Below the pieces are notes generated by a model. It was not told the origin of the DNA, searched no databases, and saw only the letters and a program-made list of their open reading frames with translations. Of a stretch of 64,000 nucleotides of DNA, positions 49,525 to 59,169 are shown one piece after another; position 1 is the first letter of the stretch, and the number at the start of each line of letters is the position of its first letter. A program made the translations under genes and the position numbers. The stretch is from Christensenellaceae bacterium (GTDB taxonomy: Bacteria; Bacillota; Clostridia; Christensenellales; SZUA-584), in contig CAXXXL010000005.1 in assembly GCA_963666505.2 (NCBI GenBank), positions 15,566 to 79,565 on the forward strand, given 5' to 3'.

Positions 49525-50330
49525 TGAAATGCCAACTGGATTCAGCATGTATAAGTCACATCGGAACAGTTAGAAAAACGAATGAGGATAATATCTTTTT
49601 CAACGGTACATATCTTGAAAAAGATAATATAGGAACCCGCAATATATTGACAGATACTGTTAGCTGCAGGCAAGGGGCGATTTATGCGGTATTTGATGGA
49701 ATGGGGGGAGAATCAAGTGGCGAATGGGCATCTTTTTTAGCTGCGGCTCAGATGTACAAAGCTGCGAGTAAAAGATTGAGTATTAACGAAATAAAAGAGT
49801 TTCTTTTATCATATGCACATCAAGCCAATGAACGAATTTGTGAGACAATGCGAGTGGAGAATATCTCCAGAATGGGAACAACAGCAGCCATTGTATATAT
49901 TAAGAACAACGAAGCTACAATCATGAATATTGGTGATAGCCGGGTTTATTTACTTGGGGAAGAAGGCATCGAAATTTTATCAGTTGATCATACTGATGTG
50001 AAATTGATGCAGCAGTCAGGCATAAGCAGACCGCCGAAACTTACCCAGCATCTTGGCATATTCCCTGAGGAAATGATAATAGAGCCGCATATCATATCCA
50101 CGCAAATAAGTGAAGGAAACAGAATGATGATATGTAGTGACGGATTATATAACGCACTTTCAAAGGATGATATCCGGGAGTTGATGGGACTTGAAACGGT
50201 TGCATCTGAAACTGTGGATTTAATGGTTAATGAAGCCTTGCAGAAAGGCTCAAAAGATAACATAACTGTTATTGTAATTGATATAAAGAGAGAAAAATGC
50301 TCTTTGAAAGGGAAGAATCATGGACAATGA
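49524..50330 (+). CDS. PP2C-family Ser/Thr protein phosphatase
   Basis: NEDN, VFDGMGG, GTTAA, NIGDSRVY, CSDGLYN and GSKDNITVIVIDI motifs. The start overlaps the upstream stop (TAATG). Confidence 0.9.
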   Translation: MKCQLDSACISHIGTVRKTNEDNIFFNGTYLEKDNIGTRNILTDTVSCRQGAIYAVFDGMGGESSGEWASFLAAAQMYKAASKRLSINEIKEFLLSYAHQANERICETMRVENISRMGTTAAIVYIKNNEATIMNIGDSRVYLLGEEGIEILSVDHTDVKLMQQSGISRPPKLTQHLGIFPEEMIIEPHIISTQISEGNRMMICSDGLYNALSKDDIRELMGLETVASETVDLMVNEALQKGSKDNITVIVIDIKREKCSLKGKNHGQ

Positions 50331-52944
50331 AAAATTCCGGGAGGAACAAGAAAAGGTATGGAATGGCTGGTTAATTGAAGGATTAATCGGTGAAGGAAGC
50401 TATGGGAAGGTATATAAGATTTCAAGAACCGATCATGGCCACAAGTATTTTTCTGCAGTCAAAATAATATCCATCCCATCAAAGGATCAATATCGAGAAG
50501 CTGTCAATACTTTAGGGCGAGATAAAGATTCGTTAAAAGATTATTTCATAGACATGGTCGATGAAATAATAGGTGAAGTCAACATACTGTATTCTTTAGC
50601 TGGCCATAGTAATATTCTGGGATATTTTGACCACAAGATAATTGATCACGGCGACGATGTTGGCTGGGATGTTCTTATAAGAATGGAATATGTCAAATCG
50701 CTCAGGAAACATCTTAAAGAAAAACAGATGACAAGGGGGGATGTTATTAGCCTTGGTATAGATATCTGCAATGCACTGGAGGTGTGTTCAAAGAAGGGCA
50801 TCGTGCACAGGGACATCAAAGATGAAAATATATTTGTAAACAATGAAGGGATATTCAAATTAGGCGATTTTGGCATAGCCAAGATTGCTCAGGATCGCAG
50901 CATGGCTTCGATGAGAGGCACGCCCCTATACATGGCGCCTGAAATATACAAGGGAATTAAGTATGATGCCAGGATAGATATCTACTCACTCGGATTGGTT
51001 TTATATAAACTGCTGAACGATGATAGGATGCCATTTCTTCCGGAGTATCCGAAACCAATAAGGTTCAGAGATAATGAAAAGGCTATTGAAAAAAGAATGT
51101 CAGGAGAAACCATGCCGCTGCCTTCAAAAGCTCAGGGAAGCCTTGGGAAAATAGTACTTAAGGCCTGCGATGTCAATCCTAATAAACGGTATAATTCAGC
51201 AAGGGAATTAAGGGAAGAGCTACAGACAGTACTGAACAACATGGAAGAGAGGTTCAAGAATGAGGCTATAACTCATACTATTGATGAAGATATAGAGAAT
51301 ATACCCGTCGCTGACAAAACAGAAAGTATTATTACTAATAATAATGAAAAGACAGAGGAAATATCCATTAGCGAAAAACAGCCTGACAAAACTGAATTGA
51401 TAAGCAATAAACCTGTAAAGAAAGCAGCGTCAGATAAAAAATCAAAGCAACTCAGCAAACGAGTTATTGCCGCTATTTCTGCTGCTGGCGCCATATTGCT
51501 TGCCGGCATAGTAATTATAGTTCTATGGCTTACAGGTGTATTATTTAACAATAGCGCTGAAAAAGATAATGCCCAGGTAACGCAGGGAGCGCTTACAGCA
51601 GAACAGCAGCAGCTATTGCAAAGTTTGCGCAGTGATCAATGGGTGTATTCTGAATCGTCATACAGAACGAAAGAAGTTATTGGTACTTCCTACGAAAACT
51701 TTGTAGCCTTCGGCGCTGATGGCATTAAATTTTATGATAACATGGAAATGCGTGATTTCTCTCTTGTTTCCGGAGTAGCTGCCTTTAATACTGCAAAAGA
51801 ATACAGTATTGATAATTTCGATGGCAAAGACTATGCGGTCGTTTTTATTGAAGAATGCGATCACTACGGGAAAGACTACGAAGTTAATGCAAACTATTAC
51901 ATTAATGAAGACGGAAGCCTGGTCGAGTTTATTGTCTTCGTAGATATGGATACTGACGAGGCATACTTGGTTTCCAACTACAATATATTTATTCCTCTTT
52001 CAGAGTATGACCAGGATGTTTCAATACAGCAGGATAGTGAAGCTTCGCAGGAGAACGAAACATCGCAGGAAACTGAAGCGCCGCATTATGATAATGCACA
52101 GAAACAGGTTTTTATCGATAAACTTTGTGGCGGCAAGTGGACATATCACGGTTCAGACCCGACAAACATAGACCTTACCGGGACGGATTATGAAAACATT
52201 ACTCCGGACGGAATTATTGTCTTATCATTTGAGGAAAACGGCGAAGGTACTGCAAGCTTAAAAAATGAAGGGTTTGGGGACATTGTTTATAGCGAAAGGT
52301 TTGATTATGAGATCGGCTTTGATGAAACAGATTCCATTTTCTATGCGTATATTTGGCTTGAGGATTACGAGCATAATGGCGTTTTATATCATGTGTATAC
52401 ATATTTCTATTTTGAACAGGATGAACTTGTCGAATTTGTAGCTTTTACTGATATCGAAACCGATGAATGGTTCCTTGTTTCAAATAATAATATCTATTAT
52501 AAGGAGCTGGAGGAATGGCCACAAGTGCTTTGGAGCGGCGATTGGTATTATGTAGGTACTTTCAATAACACGCAAGAGCTTTTTGAAAGCCCAGTAATCT
52601 CAGGAACAAAATATGAAGACATTACACCAATAGGCAGAGATGTATTGACATTTGACCCGGATGGAACGGTGTATGGGATTTCAGAGGATTTTGATACTGG
52701 AGAAGTGATTTGGGAAGGAGAATATGAATACTATTTCCACGAAACGATATCGGAGCTAATATACATTATATTCGGCGAGTATGAATTTAATGGAGTTATA
52801 TACGAAGTATATCGTGATTTTTGGTATGGTGAAGGAACGATAGTAGAGCTCGTATATATGAGAGACACAAACACCGGTGAGTTCTATATAGCATCAAATC
52901 ACAACAGGTATTCGCAAGATGAAAACTTCGAGGCAACTGAATAA
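50320..52944 (+). CDS. transmembrane Ser/Thr protein kinase with triple-repeat extracellular domain
   Basis: Hanks motifs GEGSYGKVYK, AVK, HRDIKDENIF, DFGIAK and YMAPE. TM segment about aa 382-408. About 465-aa ectodomain with three ~135-aa repeats. It overlaps the PP2C gene by 11 nt. Confidence 0.9.
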   Translation: MDNEKFREEQEKVWNGWLIEGLIGEGSYGKVYKISRTDHGHKYFSAVKIISIPSKDQYREAVNTLGRDKDSLKDYFIDMVDEIIGEVNILYSLAGHSNILGYFDHKIIDHGDDVGWDVLIRMEYVKSLRKHLKEKQMTRGDVISLGIDICNALEVCSKKGIVHRDIKDENIFVNNEGIFKLGDFGIAKIAQDRSMASMRGTPLYMAPEIYKGIKYDARIDIYSLGLVLYKLLNDDRMPFLPEYPKPIRFRDNEKAIEKRMSGETMPLPSKAQGSLGKIVLKACDVNPNKRYNSARELREELQTVLNNMEERFKNEAITHTIDEDIENIPVADKTESIITNNNEKTEEISISEKQPDKTELISNKPVKKAASDKKSKQLSKRVIAAISAAGAILLAGIVIIVLWLTGVLFNNSAEKDNAQVTQGALTAEQQQLLQSLRSDQWVYSESSYRTKEVIGTSYENFVAFGADGIKFYDNMEMRDFSLVSGVAAFNTAKEYSIDNFDGKDYAVVFIEECDHYGKDYEVNANYYINEDGSLVEFIVFVDMDTDEAYLVSNYNIFIPLSEYDQDVSIQQDSEASQENETSQETEAPHYDNAQKQVFIDKLCGGKWTYHGSDPTNIDLTGTDYENITPDGIIVLSFEENGEGTASLKNEGFGDIVYSERFDYEIGFDETDSIFYAYIWLEDYEHNGVLYHVYTYFYFEQDELVEFVAFTDIETDEWFLVSNNNIYYKELEEWPQVLWSGDWYYVGTFNNTQELFESPVISGTKYEDITPIGRDVLTFDPDGTVYGISEDFDTGEVIWEGEYEYYFHETISELIYIIFGEYEFNGVIYEVYRDFWYGEGTIVELVYMRDTNTGEFYIASNHNRYSQDENFEATE

Positions 52945-53215
52945 TCTGTATTTAGCGTTGCTGCATTAAATATGCATTGCCGGCACAAATTCCGGGACGG
53001 CGCAAGGCAATAGCCTGAATAAAAACAACAAACTGTTTTTGTGTACGCTTTTACGACATATAAAAACAACCAATTCTTTTCGTTTATACGAAAACACCTT
53101 ATAAAAACATCAATATTACATGCTAAAACCCTTCAAAAATATAAACGAAACGTTGAAAGGGTTTTCTTTTGTACCTATAATATGATTATACATATTATGG
53201 AAGGTGGTTGTTATT

Positions 53216-53809
53216 ATGATATACGGATATGCACGATGTTCAACAAACGATCATAAACAGGACATAGAGCAACAGATTGATTTACTAGTGTTGAGAGGGG
53301 TTCCGCAAGATAACATCTATTTTGAGTATCAGAGCGGTGTTAAGAAAGATCGCATTCAACTTAATAGATTATTAGACGCTTTGAGCGAAGGTGATACAGT
53401 TATTGCTACAGAGGTTAGCAGGATAACAAGAAGCACCAAGCAGTTATGCGAAATCATCGAGATTGCATTAGAGAAAAAGCTATGCCTGATATTTGGCACG
53501 TTCAAAGTTGATTGCAGCACAGAACTTGATCCTATGACAGAGGGAATGATCAAAATGATGGGCGTGTTCAGTGAGCTTGAACGGAACATGATAAGCCAAA
53601 GAGTCAAAAACGGGATAGCTCATGCTCGTAGCAACGGAAAGCAAATAGGTAGAAAGTCAACAACAAAAGATGATATACCTCAGGCGTTCTATAAGCACTA
53701 TCCTATGTTTATACAGGGTAAGATCAATAAAAAAGAGTATGCTCGGCTATGTGGATTGTCATATCCGACGATTTACAAGTATTTAAAAATATGTGCTTAT
53801 AATGCATAA
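53216..53809 (+). CDS. small serine recombinase (resolvase/invertase family)
   Basis: MIYGYARCSTNDH catalytic-serine motif, resolvase core, and C-terminal HTH (YARLCGLSYPTIYKYLK). Confidence 0.9.
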   Translation: MIYGYARCSTNDHKQDIEQQIDLLVLRGVPQDNIYFEYQSGVKKDRIQLNRLLDALSEGDTVIATEVSRITRSTKQLCEIIEIALEKKLCLIFGTFKVDCSTELDPMTEGMIKMMGVFSELERNMISQRVKNGIAHARSNGKQIGRKSTTKDDIPQAFYKHYPMFIQGKINKKEYARLCGLSYPTIYKYLKICAYNA

Positions 53810-53954
53810 ACATACGAAAGGTAAATAAATAATATCGGGATAATATGTTAATATATTACGACCTCTATTTGCATAAAAACAAAATAAAATGAATATATAT
53901 GCAACAATATGATATATAATATTAATTTTATGAAATAATATTCATGATTTTGCA

Positions 53955-53983
53955 TTGACAGGATGATTTCTTGGTGCTATCAT
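53955..53983 (+). promoter_or_regulatory. sigma-A-type promoter
   Basis: TTGACA (53955-53960), 17-nt spacer, TATCAT (53978-53983). Confidence 0.4.
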
Positions 53984-54057
53984 ATAAGAGAAATAATTTA
54001 AAAATCAATATCATTTCTGGGATGAAAAGCCAACAGACGATAAAATGTCTGCGTGAA

Positions 54058-54127
54058 GCCCCAGAGCAAATCTATGGAGAAGATACGTTCCAAGCTCCAG
54101 AAAATTTGCTCTGGGGCTATTTTATTT
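54058..54127 (+). terminator. long hairpin plus U-tract (intrinsic terminator / attenuator)
   Basis: GCCCCAGAGCAAAT (54058-54071) pairs perfectly with ATTTGCTCTGGGGC (54104-54117). There is an inner TGGAG/CTCCA helix. TATTTTATTT follows. Confidence 0.55.
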
Positions 54128-54281
54128 CAAATATATTGATTTTAGTCGACAAGGAATAGAGGTGAAAAGTATGTAGAGTATTAATAAAACATGAGCTCAG
54201 TTAACTCGAGCTAAAGACAATATCACTATGAGATATAGAGAAGGACTTATCGAAAAAATTATCGATATAAGGAGAAGGATA

Positions 54282-54515
54282 ATGATAATGAACAAAAATT
54301 TAATTAATAGCTTTAAAGAATTTTTTAATCGAGAGCTAGACAAGACGACGATTTTTAATGCTGATTTTTTTGACTCAATTCCAGCAGAATTTCATGATTA
54401 TATTTACGTATATTCAATAAAAGAATTTAACGGTATTTACTATTTTGGCGTTTTAGATTTACCGATTGGGGAATTGATACCATTGAAAGAAGCTAGAATT
54501 AGAGGGTTATTATAA
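54282..54515 (+). CDS. hypothetical small protein
   Basis: AAGGAG RBS then ATG at 54282 (MIMNKNLINSF...). Tightly packed with the following genes. Confidence 0.45.
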   Translation: MIMNKNLINSFKEFFNRELDKTTIFNADFFDSIPAEFHDYIYVYSIKEFNGIYYFGVLDLPIGELIPLKEARIRGLL

Positions 54516-54662
54516 ATGCAGAGTATTAGAGAGTCTGAAATCGCAATATTAAACAATGAAGATATTATTGATAAAATTATCATTGATAATATCATGTTGG
54601 ACAGAAGAGCTATAAAAGCTATCCTTAAAACGCTTGAAGAGAATATTGAGGAGGATATTTAA
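54516..54662 (+). CDS. hypothetical 48-aa protein (below ORF-track cutoff)
   Basis: The ATG comes directly after the previous stop. Its own stop overlaps the recombinase ATG (TAATG). Sequence MQSIRESEIAILNNEDIIDKIIIDNIMLDRRAIKAILKTLEENIEEDI. Confidence 0.35.
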   Translation: MQSIRESEIAILNNEDIIDKIIIDNIMLDRRAIKAILKTLEENIEEDI

Positions 54663-56347
54663 TGAATAACGCTAGAGATAGTGTAGCTACTGCCAAATTG
54701 CGGGCAGTAGCCTATACAAGATTTTCATCAACAATGCAGAGTGATGGCAATTCTATAGAAGCGCAGCTATCCGCAATATGCGATTATGCAAAGTGCGAAA
54801 ATATGATATTGGTCGGCGAATATACTGATCGTGCAAAATCAGCTGTGACGGACGACAGACCAGAATTCCTGCGTATGATCGAAGACGCGAAGAGCAATAA
54901 GTTTGATATCGTAATTGTGCACAAACTTGACCGTTTTGCTCGAAATAGATATGATTCTGCAATGTATAAACGCGAACTAAAAATGAACGGGGTTCAAGTT
55001 ATGTCTGTTACTGAACGTCTTGATGGCAGTCCTGAATCGGCTATACTTGAAAGCGTTATTGAAGGGATGGCAGAATATTACTCCAAAAACCTTGGACGTG
55101 AAACAATGAAGGGGCTTGTTGAGAATGCAAAAAAGGGTCTTTCGACTGGGGGACCACCGCCGTTTGGTTTCCGGACAAATCCGGAAACAAAGAAGCTTGA
55201 GTTGCATGAAACGGAAGCTAAGGGTATAAAGCTGATATTTAATATGATCCTTGAAGGAAATAGTTATCGGGAAGTTATAACAGAGTTAAACGAGCAAGGG
55301 TTCAAGACACGTGCGGGCAGACCTTTTGTAACTACCTCGTTGTATTCGATATTGAGGAATGAAAAGTATCGTGGTTGCTACGTCTTCAATAAGTCCGCAT
55401 CGAAGGACATGAACGGTAAGCGCAACGGACATCACTATAAGAACGCTGAAGACATCATCAGAGTCGAAGACGGTTGCCCACGGATCGTGTCGAATGAAGA
55501 CTTCTTCGCTGTACAGAAGAAGATGAACACAAGGCAACATCCGAAAAGCCACGCCGTTTATAAAGAAACGTATTTATTGACAGGCAAAGTTTACTGCGGC
55601 TTGTGTGGCAGCACATACATTGGGTCTCGGCGTAAAAAAGGAAGCAGCAAAAGCTGGTGGGCTTATTATGGGTGCGGGCAGCAATCACGTAATAAAGTAG
55701 AACGGTGTAGTAACAAAGTGATTAGCCGAGACCATCTTGAAGGAGTCGTACTCGACAATATTGCTAAGACCGTATTCTCTGAAGCTATGATTCCGAAATT
55801 GACGGAAGCATATAACGAGTACTTAAAAGGCGACGGCAGCGGAAACAAGGAGTTAACGACGTTGAAGAGGCGGCTAGCTAAGCTCAACAGCGATGTTGAC
55901 TATTTAGTTGAGGCCCTTCTTGAACACAAGTCAAACTCGCTCTTTTCCAAGCTGGACAAGCTGGAAGATAAGAAGCAGGAGCTGGAAGCAAAAATATATC
56001 AAATGCAGCTGTTGAAGCCGGTGAAGTCGGTGAGTGAGCAGGACATCGCCAAGGCCTTTGAGCAAATAAGAAAAAAACTGCTGAGCGGAAAGCTCGAAAA
56101 TGTACGGCAGATTATCGAAGTGTACGTTGACCGCATAGAGGTCTATCCAGACCGTGCCGTCGTGCAGTTTAACTACATGCCGAAGGTCACATTGCCAAGG
56201 CTCAGACCGCCGAATAATGCAAAAATTAAAGAAGAAAGCTCCAACGCCTCTAAAACGAATGAGCTTTCTTCTGACAAAGACCCAAAAAATATGGGTCATT
56301 TTGGCGGAGCGAAGGGATTAATACCCGAATTTTTTGAATGGGACTAA
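54662..56347 (+). CDS. large serine recombinase (resolvase domain + recombinase domain + Zn-ribbon/coiled coil)
   Basis: AVAYTRFSSTMQ catalytic-serine motif, VHKLDRFARN, Cys cluster CGLCGS...YGCG...C, and a C-terminal coiled coil. Confidence 0.9.
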   Translation: MNNARDSVATAKLRAVAYTRFSSTMQSDGNSIEAQLSAICDYAKCENMILVGEYTDRAKSAVTDDRPEFLRMIEDAKSNKFDIVIVHKLDRFARNRYDSAMYKRELKMNGVQVMSVTERLDGSPESAILESVIEGMAEYYSKNLGRETMKGLVENAKKGLSTGGPPPFGFRTNPETKKLELHETEAKGIKLIFNMILEGNSYREVITELNEQGFKTRAGRPFVTTSLYSILRNEKYRGCYVFNKSASKDMNGKRNGHHYKNAEDIIRVEDGCPRIVSNEDFFAVQKKMNTRQHPKSHAVYKETYLLTGKVYCGLCGSTYIGSRRKKGSSKSWWAYYGCGQQSRNKVERCSNKVISRDHLEGVVLDNIAKTVFSEAMIPKLTEAYNEYLKGDGSGNKELTTLKRRLAKLNSDVDYLVEALLEHKSNSLFSKLDKLEDKKQELEAKIYQMQLLKPVKSVSEQDIAKAFEQIRKKLLSGKLENVRQIIEVYVDRIEVYPDRAVVQFNYMPKVTLPRLRPPNNAKIKEESSNASKTNELSSDKDPKNMGHFGGAKGLIPEFFEWD

Positions 56348-56423
56348 AAAAGAATAATTACTTCAAAAAACGGGATTTTTAAGTGCCAAATTAAGAAATC
56401 CGTGAAAAAAAGGAGTAATTTTC

Positions 56424-57332
56424 ATGAAAAACACACAAATCACCGGTAACGGTGATAACATTCTGTCCAATTTATTAATTTCAAAATTAAAACCATTTCC
56501 AAAACATCCATTTAAAATGTATGACATTGAGAAGATGCTTGGATTAGCAGACAGTATAAAGGAACAAGGAGTTGTAGTTCCAATACTCGTTAGACCTATT
56601 AAAGACAATAGGTATGAGTATGAGATCATTGCTGGTCATAACAGAGTTCAAGCATCAAAACTGGCAGGTATTGATAAAATACCATGTAATATTCGAGAGA
56701 TGGATGATGAGACCGCAACAATATTAATGATCGATACAAATCTTCAGCAGCGAGAAACAATACTACCGTCTGAAAAAGCATGGGCATATAAGTATAAACT
56801 TGAAGCTCTAAAATCACAGGGAAAACGAAACGATTTAACTTCGTCCCAACTTGGGACAAAGTTAAGAGCTGACGAATGTATTGCTGAGAATAGCCAAGAA
56901 AGCAGGAATCAAATTCAGCGGTATATCAGACTTACAAACCTATTGCCTAAATTACTTGATAAAGTAGATGAACGAAAGCTAGCGTTCATACCAGCCGTAG
57001 AATTATCCTATCTTACAAAAGAACAGCAAAACTGGCTTTATGACATACTTTCTCGTGAAGAGAAATTTGGTATACCTGTAAAGCAAGCAACAAAGCTAAA
57101 AGGCATTAGTCAAAGCGGTAATCTTACATATGATAAAATTGATAATATAATTGTGCAGAAAAGCCATGAACCGCCGAAAGCAATAAAAGTTCCATACAAA
57201 GCGATAAGAGGCTTTTTTCCTCCAGATACAACACCAAAGGAATTTGAGGAGACTATTCAAAAAGCTTTGACAGAATACTTTAAAATTCATTCTGGAAAGC
57301 AAAAACGGAATTTATCTGCGATAGAAAGATAA
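56424..57332 (+). CDS. ParB/Srx N-terminal-domain protein (mobile-element type)
   Basis: ParB-box-like VVPILVRP...YEIIAGHNRVQASKLAG. Confidence 0.8.
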   Translation: MKNTQITGNGDNILSNLLISKLKPFPKHPFKMYDIEKMLGLADSIKEQGVVVPILVRPIKDNRYEYEIIAGHNRVQASKLAGIDKIPCNIREMDDETATILMIDTNLQQRETILPSEKAWAYKYKLEALKSQGKRNDLTSSQLGTKLRADECIAENSQESRNQIQRYIRLTNLLPKLLDKVDERKLAFIPAVELSYLTKEQQNWLYDILSREEKFGIPVKQATKLKGISQSGNLTYDKIDNIIVQKSHEPPKAIKVPYKAIRGFFPPDTTPKEFEETIQKALTEYFKIHSGKQKRNLSAIER

Positions 57333-57520
57333 AGGAGTGTCAATTATGACTCTCTTTTTAAATACAAAAATTTTATGCTAACGGATGTACACAGCTATAA
57401 TCAAATCAAATCTAGATAAAAAATAATCAAAGATTTTCTTATGTAATTCTAATATCTGTTTAACTATTCTCTAAAATTCTACATGTATCATAGCGTTATA
57501 TTAAAAACGAGGTAAGTAAA

Positions 57521-58246
57521 ATGCTTGAAACAAAGAATCTAACAAAAGAATTTGGAGATTTCACCGCTGTAGATAATCTAAACTTATCAGTAAAAGAAGG
57601 CTCGATATTTGGATTTTTAGGGCATAACGGCGCAGGGAAAACCACGACACTCTCTATGCTAACAACACTCATACTGCCAACTGAAGGAAGTGCAAGTATA
57701 GACGGGTACGATATAAATCGTCAAAGCATGGAAGTAAGAGGTCTTCTTGGCTATCTACCTGAAAACGTTATGTTGTACGGTGACCTTTCTGCAGCTGAAA
57801 ATTTAAGATTTTTCGGAAAGCTGTCAAATGTCAGCAAGCTAAATTACAGGATAGATGAAATCTTGGTACTTTTGGGTTTGTCTGAATGGAAAGATAAAAA
57901 GATTAAAACTTTTTCAAAAGGCATGCGGCAAAGGATAGGAATAGCTCAAGCGATTCTCCACAAACCAAAACTGTTATTTCTGGATGAGCCGACATCAGGA
58001 CTTGACCCAAAGGGAACAAAGGAAATGAGGGAGATATTAAAAATCATCAATGAAGAACTTGGAACGACTATTTTTATGAATACACATTTGCTGTCTGAAG
58101 TTACAAAGATCTGCACTGATATAGGCATAATAAGCAGGGGGAAGCTATTATTTTCAGGATCTATTGCCAGTCTGGAAAAGGATTTTGGAAGCGCAAAGAC
58201 TTTGGAGGAGATATACTTCGAAATAGAGGGAGGGCTTCAGCAATGA
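57521..58246 (+). CDS. ABC transporter ATP-binding protein (ABC-2 type)
   Basis: Walker A GHNGAGKTT, signature FSKGMRQR, Walker B LLFLDEPTSGLD. Confidence 0.9.
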   Translation: MLETKNLTKEFGDFTAVDNLNLSVKEGSIFGFLGHNGAGKTTTLSMLTTLILPTEGSASIDGYDINRQSMEVRGLLGYLPENVMLYGDLSAAENLRFFGKLSNVSKLNYRIDEILVLLGLSEWKDKKIKTFSKGMRQRIGIAQAILHKPKLLFLDEPTSGLDPKGTKEMREILKIINEELGTTIFMNTHLLSEVTKICTDIGIISRGKLLFSGSIASLEKDFGSAKTLEEIYFEIEGGLQQ

Positions 58247-59169
58247 AACAGGTGTTAATTGTTGCAGGACAAAGCATCAGAACAGCTTTTAAGGACAAGG
58301 TGTTTTTAATCATAGCAATATTATTCATGCTGCTGTCTATAGTTTCTGTCTTCATTGGCTCAAGCACAAAAAATGCCGAGATGAACGCTTATAATGATAT
58401 TGTCGCTATTTTACAGTCACAAGGAGCAACGAGCCTGCCTCAATCTCCGGCAATTGCCCCATTAAGTATACTTATTAACATTATAAAGTATATCAGTATG
58501 ATAGGGGCTGTTCTAGCAGTTTTTTTGGGCTTTGACGCTTTCAGTGATGAGCGGGAGATGGGAACGCTTTCGTTAATATTAACCAGACCTATATACAGGG
58601 ACCAGCTTCTCACAGGTAAGCTGCTGGGAGGAGCGGGAGTGATCGGGCTACTTCTAGGTGCAACATTTATATTTAATACCGTATTATTTGCTTTTGTATC
58701 AAAGCTGGTACCAGACTTCAATGATATTGGCCGCCTTTTAATATTCATTATATTAGGATTTTTATACATGATGAGCTTCTATATTGCATCAATGTATGTG
58801 TCCATTAAAGTCAGAAACAAGGCATTTGCTTTTATTACGATGATGATAGTATGGATATTTGTTAGCTTTGTTATTCCTCAACTTGCCGATGCGCAGCGAA
58901 ATTTTGCGTATACTCTTAACGCAACCGCACAAACGGTAACTCAAGTGCCTTCTGATACAGTAGCTTCAAAAACAATCGAGATATTTTCACCTGCGGTACA
59001 ATTCCAAAATGTTGGTAAAGACCTGCTGCAGGCTGTGGATGAAACTGTAAGCATGAGTGTCTTTAAGATAATAGGTCTAAGAGTGCTGCAGCTGCTATAT
59101 ATGCTGGCGCCGGGAGCCATAATGCTTTTTGTTTCATACAGAGCAGTAAATAAGGAGTCGGTATTATGA
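58243..59169 (+). CDS. ABC-2 family permease
   Basis: Six hydrophobic segments. Start overlaps the ATPase stop (ATGA). Confidence 0.8.
   Translation: MKQVLIVAGQSIRTAFKDKVFLIIAILFMLLSIVSVFIGSSTKNAEMNAYNDIVAILQSQGATSLPQSPAIAPLSILINIIKYISMIGAVLAVFLGFDAFSDEREMGTLSLILTRPIYRDQLLTGKLLGGAGVIGLLLGATFIFNTVLFAFVSKLVPDFNDIGRLLIFIILGFLYMMSFYIASMYVSIKVRNKAFAFITMMIVWIFVSFVIPQLADAQRNFAYTLNATAQTVTQVPSDTVASKTIEIFSPAVQFQNVGKDLLQAVDETVSMSVFKIIGLRVLQLLYMLAPGAIMLFVSYRAVNKESVL

Noticed and set aside
53971-54159. 62-aa ORF in the track.
   Set aside because: It has a GTG-type start without an RBS and spans a 14-bp perfect hairpin plus U-tract. It is interpreted as RNA structure rather than coding sequence.
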